From: Syncephalis fuscata S228
Lineage: Eukaryota > Fungi > Zoopagomycota
Length of the DNA: 64,000 bases
NCBI GenBank assembly: GCA_025786725.1
Contig: JAHLTZ010000028.1
Span: forward strand, 62,001-126,000
Direction: 5' to 3'
A program made the translations under genes and the position numbers. Below are positions 55,089 to 64,000 of the stretch, in pieces; the stretch's first letter is position 1, and every line of letters starts with the position of its first letter. The notes beneath the pieces were generated by a model, which saw nothing but the letters and a program-made list of their open reading frames with translations, had not been told where the DNA came from and did not search any database.

Positions 55089-56650
55089 GGCGAATTTAGA
55101 CAAGCTCTTCGATAATAGTTAAATCAAACTAAAAAAAGATGGTGGGGCAATAGTAGTGTGGTGGTGGTGATGATATGATGATGCAGAAATTGGAAAATGC
55201 GCGTAATCGTTTGTGGTCCTCGTTCCAGTAAACAGTGATATGACTTGATGTGGGATAGCTATCCGTTCAACAATTGAAACAACAAGTCACAATCAGTAGT
55301 AGACAGATAACTAGCCAGGAGTGGTGATGGTGCCAATAGTAGCTGTGGAGTAAGGCGATAATGATGGTAGTGGTGACAAGCGTCAGATAATAGCAGTGGT
55401 GATAAATAAGAATGTCAGGTAAATGGGAAAAAGACGGGTGGTTTTATGGAATGCTTTAAATATTTCCGGAAAAGCAGCCACACCAAGTGTTAGAAAGCAG
55501 ACTGCAAGCGAAACACGAGCAATAATTATTCCCAGGAGACTTTCAATTGGCAGATGGACAATGCACATACACACACACGCAGACCACTGCTCACAGAAGA
55601 CACCCAAATGTGGTGGCGGTGGGGCATTTGCTTAAAACAGTAGGCCATGTAAGAGAAGGAAGGAAGGGGAAAAAGATCAAAGGAGGAACCTGATTAAATC
55701 CGGCTTGGAGTAACCTTGGGTGTTTTACAATGTGTGCATTAGATAGAGAGAAAGGATGGCATGCTATGTTTTGCCGTCTCACCATCTCTACCTCCACCAT
55801 AGGCCATCAATGTCTATTGTAAAAGAAAAGGGGCTGATACGACCATGTGGACGGGCCGACTTAACTTATCAAAGCCACTATTACCGCAACAGTACAAGGG
55901 GATATCCGTGGGCTCTAGTCTACTGTAATATGGGATTTAATTAATTAATTTGTTATTGCACAGTGATTGTATACGTGCACGCGCATTATTTCGTTTAGTA
56001 ATAAATAAAAGCTTTTATTACATGAATCTATTTATTACATTTGTTGTGTTAATCGGTGGCAACGTGTATAAAAACGAAACATTTGTGTATGGAGCTGGTG
56101 GTGGCCAACATGCATTCTTGTCGGTGCTACTAGTCAACTTGACTAGCCAGACCGCAAGCACTGCAGAGCTTAGATCAGTCCACGCGCTTGCGAATAGAGT
56201 ATGACCGGTTTAATCGGAAACTGGCCAGCAAGCGTTGCACGTGAGTCCAATGAGATTTACAATGGTAATGAGTTAGCTATTTGGCCACACGCTACTGACA
56301 AAAAGCAATACTTATTTGTCGCAAAAGACCGATCCGGTCTTGGATACCGCCTTGTTGGTGTCTGGGTCTCTTCGTATGATAAGAGACAATTTGGCTGCCC
56401 TTGATTGAAACATAGCTTATAGATGAATCATTAATTAGCGACACTTCCGTCCACCCAGACGAGCTAACCTCCAACAAATTTGTCACGGTTAGCAACTAGC
56501 GACGTGCCCATAATATATAAATGCCAAGCTTCTGTATATTGAAAAGGCACCTGTGAACGCTCGTTTTAAACTGGATTCTCGTTAAACTTTTATTGCAACT
56601 CATCGACATTTACTTGTTTGCTTCCTGCATCACCATCTCTTCTTTGAACA

Positions 56651-57154
56651 ATGTATACCAGCATTAAAAACGTCTCTCTCTCGGCTGCATTGATCGTTGC
56701 CGTTGCACTTGTGTCCAGCAACTGTGTACTTGCTGATGCGCCTGCAAATGCCGCCTATGTCAATCCAAATGGTCCTGGTGCTCCAGGTGAGTAAACGACT
56801 AAAAGAAGGCAGACTAATTGTAACAAAATTACGCGTGTAGTCGTCTATGTACCAGCACCAAGTATCACACCACCAGTCATCGACTACACACCAGCTCCGG
56901 CTCCGGTAGCCCCAGTTGTGCCTGTCGCCCCAGTGGCTCCAGTGGCCCCTGTAGTTCCAGTTGCTCCAGTGGCCCCAGTTGCTCCAGCTCCTGAACAAAC
57001 CTCGGCACCGGCCGCTACAACAACTACCACCACGACCACGACATCCTCACCGTCTCCAACCTCGTCAAGCGGTGCCTCCAGCCTTACCGGCCCTAACATT
57101 CTAGAGGCCGCCGCGCTTGGTGCCGTCGCATACCTTGGTCAGGCACTTTTCTAA
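56651..57154 (+). CDS. Small secreted, probably GPI-anchored (PVA/PVV)n-PAPEQT repeat protein; exons 56651-56786, 56841-57154
   Basis: Signal peptide, phase-1 intron, PVA repeats, poly-Thr, SSGASSL...AALGAVAYLGQALF tail; TATA at ~56514. Confidence 0.85.
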
Positions 57155-58693
57155 ATTTCAAGTTGCATTTTTGTGTTCCTTTTGTTGAACTCTGCGTAAT
57201 TCTGACCATTTAGTACTCCATTCTTTATCAGTTTAGCATGGAATAGTCTTTCTTTTCTCGCATTCGTCAGACTCCCTTGACAACCAATGCAAATACGCAC
57301 ATTCGTACGTACGCGTGTCTGGTTCATACACTAATATCATAAAACTCGTATTCCAATATATCGCTGCGCCAATTGATAAAATTATACGCAATGTCATTAA
57401 TTAAGATCAGTCATTGTTACCAAGTAGACATCTAGACATTAATAGTCAGTATCTTCAAACATCGTCTATGCTAATAAGTAGTAATATTTCACATTTTTGT
57501 TTCACGTATTCGATTAAATTTAAAACGTGATATATTTTTGTTCGAAAATAATGTAGCCCGGAAGCGAAAGATGAATAGCATACCAGATTATTGCCAAGGC
57601 AGCAAAAATACGTGGATGCGCTATTCATCCATTATAACCAGGCCCTACATGACATGATGCCAGTAAGTTGTTCTTAGTTTTCGCCATTTGCGCTTACGAC
57701 TTGGGAGGTTTGGCTGGTCGTAGCATGGTATAGAAAACCTTTTTGTATGCAAAGATGGCAACCGGCCCTGTCGAATTTGCCATCGCATAGTTGGTCGTTG
57801 TAGCCAGTGCTCTATTACGGGATGTGCCAGTAGACAAAACTGTACAGTTCCATTTGCATTTTTTACACCTGCCATAATTTGTCTCGTTTGCCCATTGGCC
57901 CTAATAAGTCGTTTCAAGTTTCTTTTTTTCTTTGCAGCCATTTCCCCGTTACTGTATTTCACGTGACTGCCATTAACATATTGGCTATCGGAGATAACTG
58001 CACTTATCTGTCATTTGTCGCGCTAATAATGATTATTGCATGTAGAGTGCACAATCGTTAGTACAGCTAATAAAATAATTGAAGATTACTATATTATTCC
58101 ACCTACATTAGCAACATTAAAACCAGTAAAAACATTAAAATAATACTGATATACCGCACCAGAATGGCTGATTCACGATAATATTTCCCGAATAGGCAAT
58201 GCTGAATTATTGTCCGCAAATGTATAGCACATGGCTGCGATCAATATCATTTATTCAAAAATATACTTGATTTTGCTCGTGGTAGACAATACGATTGACA
58301 TCTAAATCTTTTGATAGATTTCTATACAGAATCCAGCAAGTTGGATAATGTATAAAACGGCATTAATAAAAACGTGCGCTATAATCTCTAATTGTTAATA
58401 CTCCTGAATTGGATCGGCTTTATGTAAAATTAGAAGCACCCAGCACAAAAAGCTAACATCCGTGCCATTGCTAAAACCGAAAGATACGCATGTGCAATGC
58501 CTGTTATATGTTTTTCTATTTTTTTGATTAGGTTTAAAGGATGCTATAAATTCAGTATTGATGCGAAACATGTAGTATCGCCTTTAATAACGTTTTCATT
58601 CTAATTTCTTTTAATTTATATCAGTTCTAAATAATAGTGCTAATAATTAAACCTGACGCACAACTCTAACGAATTAACTTTACTCAAAACAAT

Positions 58694-59477
58694 ATGCGTG
58701 ACATTCTATTCTTTTCCCTGGCTGTATTAGCATGCTTGACTACTAGGCTAGTGGATGGTGTAGAAATACCAAATGTAATGCTTAAATCATGTACGAAACA
58801 AGGCGTTGTTGCCCTCACTTTTGACGATGGTCCTGGCCCACATACAGCGGAATTGCTTGATATTCTGGCAAAAGAGAAAGTAAAGGCTACATTTTATGTT
58901 GTTGGAGAAAACGTCGAGAATCCAGAATATCAACACTTGGTAAAACGAGCATATGATGAAGGCCATCAAATCGCCTCGCATACCTTCGATCATCAATCCA
59001 TGCCCACTATGAGTACCGAAAGTTTGCGTGAAAGCATGGAAAAAACCGAACAGAGGATTTACGATGTTATTAAGCGTAAGCCGCACTATGTACGACCACC
59101 CTATGGCGACATGGATGCCAAAAGCTTGAATTTATTAAAAAAAATGAGCTACGCTGTAATTCGATGGAACTTGGATAGCAATGGTAAGTTGCAAAAATTG
59201 AAAATGGCGTTGGCTAATTCTGATTTTACATTTAATTATAGATTGGCAGTATGAACATGAAACCAACCCTCAAACATATAAAACATTATACTATAATATT
59301 GTAAACGGCATGGGCAATGCGACTCCGCAATCAAGCTACCTGATATTAATGCATGATACTCAGGCTCATTCCGTTGAGCTGATACAAGAGATTATCCAGT
59401 TTATTCGTACTAAAAATCTCAAATTTGTTACAACAGCTGAATGCATAGGAAATCGACCACCGGCATATCACAGCTAG
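58694..59477 (+). CDS. Secreted chitin/polysaccharide deacetylase (CE4, NodB domain); exons 58694-59183, 59242-59477
   Basis: Signal peptide; TFDDGP, HTFDH, RPPYG, DSNDW, LMHD. Confidence 0.93.
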
Positions 59478-61169
59478 GCATTTTACGCTGCAATATAAGC
59501 ATGTTCATTTGATCGGTATATATGAAATAAAAAGAACAGCATTTTATACATTGCTAAATTAAATAATACGATATTATAATATTTAACGTTTCCAAGTTCA
59601 TGGTGTAGCACAACATATTGAATACAAATAAGCATGTATTATTTGTCTGGCAATTACAAATGCATACTAATAGCGAAACTAATAAGCGACATTATATAAT
59701 CGCCATAATTATACTATATTTTTTATTTATTTTATTAACAAAGCAATGGTAACACATTAAGTCAAAAGCTATAAATATTGTAAGCATACTTACACAGTTA
59801 ATGCATTTATGTTGTATGCTAAATAATACCTGTAGAATTAATTATAATAAAATTAGTTTGCTTGGTAAGAAGCATATGATATTCTTCAAAATGTAAATAA
59901 AACTGTTTACAGCGGCAAATATTGAGAAACGATGCGTATTCAAAATGTAACTGGTTGAATATATAACCAGAAAATATTCAATCAATGAACCATCGTAAAC
60001 TTTGGCACCGGTTACAGTACTAGTCCAAACTGGCCAGCACAATATCAAGAAGGTCAATACAGCTTCATACACTCATCACTGGCCACACACAAGAAAGAGG
60101 TGCTAAAAGCAAAATTACTTAAATGATGGAGGAGAAAAAAGATGGCAATCGGCAAAAAAATGGCAGCACATAACGTCGTTATAATCATTGTATGTCTTGT
60201 TTGCCATAGATCGCTACTACAAATTATATTGACAGTAGCTTGTACAGTTTTGACAGTAGCAGATTGTATTGCCACTGTTGAGATTACAGAATTGTTGCCA
60301 GTAGACCTGCAATGGCAATCTAAAGTAAAACAAAGCATACAGCGAGATTTCGACAACATATACTCGACACGACATAAAACAAACCAGAAATGTGCTTGCT
60401 ATGCCAAAAAAGCTAACAATATTAATGATCAAAGTAATGATGATTCGTAAAAAAATGTCAGATTACAAAAGAGCAATGCAAGTACATAGTGTAAATAGTT
60501 TTACTTGAATAATAGTCAGTCAACTATGACACTATCTAATAGTATATGGAGTGTACAAGTATATGCAATGGATATATGCTATCAAGTGTAAAGAAAGAGA
60601 AAAGAATGTGATGACGTAGATTGTGAGATGTGAGCCTGTCAGTCAATATTTATAAACAGCCGAGTTTAATTCATTAAAATGGAGTGTGAATAATAAAATC
60701 AATCTACCAACATGTGTACATCATAGAACAGATTAATAGTAAATAAAAATGCATAAGAATAAAAGTATTTTAACCAAAACTACTCATTATATAAACATAT
60801 ATTCAGTATATTAGAGTATATTAAATATAATAAAGTCATTCACACCAAAAACACTCATTATCATAGAATATATTCATTTTTATTGTACTATAGGAGATAA
60901 AGTGATGGCTTATATTTTAAATACTTAAAAAGTTGTATATTGTTTATTTATCAAGTGTTCAATAAAAGCTAGTGTTTGTATCTTATGAATAAATATTATC
61001 AATATTATTCTGTTTAAATAATTAGTTTTATGGTTTGCTTGGTTGTTAATAAGTTCTTACTTTTTGGTTTAAATTATCATTTTGTTAAGGCGGCATTTGT
61101 GGAAGGAAAGCAGCCACTTTTAAGTGAACACTGCGCAACGTTAGTTAGTATTAATAAATAAATATTTAA

Positions 61170-61982
61170 CTTACCTTGTTCACTTGGACCGTTTACTTTT
61201 CCATGGCAAAACGTAGACAATCCTTTATTATGCTAGTTATTTGGGTAGCTAAAGTACTTGGCTCATTGTAGGAGCATTGCCCGTCTATTTAATATTATTA
61301 ATCATTAGTAGCTATACAAATTATCAGCTTAATGTACTTACCATAATAAATTATGTTTTTGCTGTAAAGGTGCTAATAAAGTGTTAGTGCTGTAATTAAT
61401 ATTTTATAATAATACTTACTTAAGCACCTTTATACAGTTGTTTAAAGATATGTTTTGTTTCCATCTCTGGAAGTGGGGCATAGCCCCGTATAGTGGTCTA
61501 GACCACTATCTAGCTTTAGAAACAAAGCTATTTAGAACATGGTCTAGTAGCGGCATTTTAATTGCAATAGGTTTGCACGTGTTCAAATCAGATCCTAGAC
61601 GTACTTTGCTAAGCTTGTCTCTGTTATTCATGTTGATTAAATTTAATCGGTAGTCACTATTTAAAATATGCTATATTGTTAGTCTAACGCTGTTTATAAA
61701 CTCGCTGTTATTTACCATCGTTGGCTAGCTTTAACAGCAAAATTTTGACGGCCAATTAAATGAATTTAGAAATTTATTATTTAGGCACATGTATGTTTAC
61801 TATTGTTTTAACTTACCTCGAGGTCCAAAGTCGAATACTTTGACCCAGCCAACAGCATTATCGCGCTCTGCTTGTGGCAAATCGTCCCGACATCTTGGAA
61901 CCTTTTTATAAAAAGCATTGTCACATCTTAGTTGTCCTAATGGTAATGTAGCGGTAGATTGCTGAATGGCCAAATTGCTCAT
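61170..61982 (-). pseudogene. Decayed protein kinase gene
   Basis: Exon remnants SKVRLGSDLNTCKPIAIK, LPEMETKHIFKQLYKG, HLYSKNIIYYD, LSTFCHGKVNGPSE with stops and deletions. Confidence 0.6.
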
Positions 61983-63511
61983 GGTGGTAAAATGTCAAGT
62001 AAAATTTGTGACAAAAAGCTGTTGTTATTTGAATTAAAGGGACAAAATTTGAAATTGAGTAGCTGTTTAAAGTAAAGAAACGAAAGTTGAAAGTAGAATT
62101 ATAGCAATATTTAAATTGAAATAAATAAATAAATTAGTTACAGTTGCTTTGTTTGTGAACTAACAGCAATAGAAACAAAGCAGATGTATGGCCTTTGCTA
62201 TAATACCTTTGTTTATTAATTAACAACAAACAGAACAAAGCAAAGTGCACAAAGAAACAATGCAGGTTATTCTTGACATTATTGCAACCTTTGAACAATG
62301 ACATTACAAAGCTCCAGTATCACAGATACTAAATAAATGAATTCAAAAATTGATATCTTCAGTTTTTTAAACAATTGCAGTGATGTAGTACGTGTGTTTA
62401 ATTCTGCACAATATACAGTATCAATTGCTGACAATTGTTATCTTCAGTATTATTATTTTATTTACAAATATGAAGAGACGCAGAGTAATATGCTGATAAG
62501 CTAGTATTTGCATTATACTGATAGAGCAGTAGATACAAGTCAACATGGCATAAATGACGTATTTATATAACATTCGAGTACTAGAATGTTCCCCTGAGTC
62601 ACTTTCAAGGTGCGGCGTATGCTGTTAGCTGATGTGGCCACATTTAATAATAAGCTAAATATGAACAACGATTACCTAAATACATAGTACTTTACCAATA
62701 CTAAAAAATACTAACAAATGTTTTTAATAGTCACTCAAGCATTGGTGTTAGGCAGTAAGTGTATCCGGATTGCATTTGTTATTATGTGCCATTATTTGTG
62801 CATATAATTCACAATGCCAATTATTGCCTTCGTCGGCACAAGTACTAGCTGTGGTAGTATACACTGTTGTTGATGCTATTAATTGACATAATTTTTCTAA
62901 ATGGAAAGAAATATATACCTATTTGATTTTATTCAGCCAAGTGTTGATTGATATTGCTATAGTATGTTTTCTAATGTATTAGGAAAATAAAGTGGACATG
63001 TTACTATTATCACTATCCTGTACACATACATGCTTTATTAGTCTACAAATTTTGTATCGCACATTCTTTTATTATATATCATTTTATCATATAATGACCA
63101 TATTCTGTTGGTATTTTTGTATTTTTGGCGCTAGCTTAACTCGTTACAAGCTTCAATTAATTACATTTACTTAATTGTATACACCATAGCTTTATTACCA
63201 TTATTTATGTACTATTTTTGTTTGCTCATTTTATACTACTATACATTACATTAGCTACGCCTTATTTATAAGTCTATTTTTTATTGCTAATAATGTTTTA
63301 TTACAGATTTTGGCTATATACAGACACAAAATAAAGTTTATTTTACATAATAAATCTTATAAATTACATATAAACTATGGTAATTTATTGAGTTTGCAAA
63401 ACAGCATATCCATTTTATTAAAATTAAAAAATTACACCATTTGCTAATTTTATAGACTGAAGGTAGGAGTTTTATTGGGATAAAAGCTAAGTGTAATCAA
63501 AGGTAAGAAAA

Positions 63512-64000
63512 TCATAAAATAAAACGAGCCAGTAGTGTTAAACTAGTCAATAGTAAACAGGACTGTATAGCGGCCGTTTGAGTATTTGCGCCAGTGTTGC
63601 TCGCTGCTTTTGTATCATTCGCAGCTGAAATGCCAATAGTGTCGTTAGTTGTGCTATTATTAACGTCTTTCTTAAGGATCTCGCCGTTGGGATTGATTGT
63701 AGATTCTATGGCTGTATTACGATAAAGCGGCTTTGGATAGCCAAGACAATCGGCGACACTCGTAAACTTTAGACCTTTTGCTTTTATTGCTTTGATGATG
63801 GCCGGCACCATGTTTACAGAAAACAAGTGTATATCGTGTTGTAGCACAATAAAGCTTGAATTGATCGTTCCGCCAGCAATGCTTTTGACCACATTGTCGA
63901 AGGCCATATGTTGCAAAGACGAATTATCCCCATATCTCCAGTCTAGTTAAAACAGCTAGTTAACAAACCGAGCTAATGAAGCAGAAATATGTCCTACCAT
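63512..64000 (-). CDS. Second CE4 chitin deacetylase, 3' part, with probable GPI tail (5'-truncated by window)
   Basis: Exon from 63942: DWRY...IVLQHD...LKFTSVADCLG; S/T linker and hydrophobic tail; same intron position as the 58694 gene. Confidence 0.88.

Noticed and set aside
57645-57962. 105-aa basic ORF and other short ORFs at 7.3-10.4, 52.8-54.1, 55.4-56.5 and 59.8-60.5 kb
   Set aside because: Mostly non-ATG or weak starts, no motifs, no consistent splice structure; likely UTR or intergenic

Overview
Eukaryotic, AT-rich, gene-dense fungal DNA with short (~50-70 nt) GT-AG introns and CTAAC/CTAAT branch sites. It is probably from an early-diverging fungus; a Zoopagomycota/Syncephalis-like source is my inference only. 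Housekeeping genes: Rab-GGTase alpha, thioredoxin, HEM14, FES1, a Ssp1/Sak1-type kinase, inositol monophosphatase, AP-2 alpha, a Bud4-like PH protein, an AIG1-like membrane protein and a PMP3/Sna protein. These are interleaved with fast-evolving secretome islands. The main island (26-37 kb) holds a tandem set of small signal-peptide plus GPI-tail Pro/Thr-repeat genes, with a (PVA)n-PAPEQT family motif. Most of them lie between two inverted copies of a secreted kinase-fold gene. One copy is intact with a C-terminal bipartite NLS-like tail. The other is a pseudogene sharing a 513-bp near-identical inverted tract, which suggests gene conversion and possibly an invertible cassette. A second island (56-64 kb) has another family member, two convergent CE4 chitin deacetylases and a decayed kinase. 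Several pseudogenes are present, as are recurrent single-base frameshifts in otherwise intact genes (probably assembly indels). No rRNA, tRNA or CRISPR was seen.
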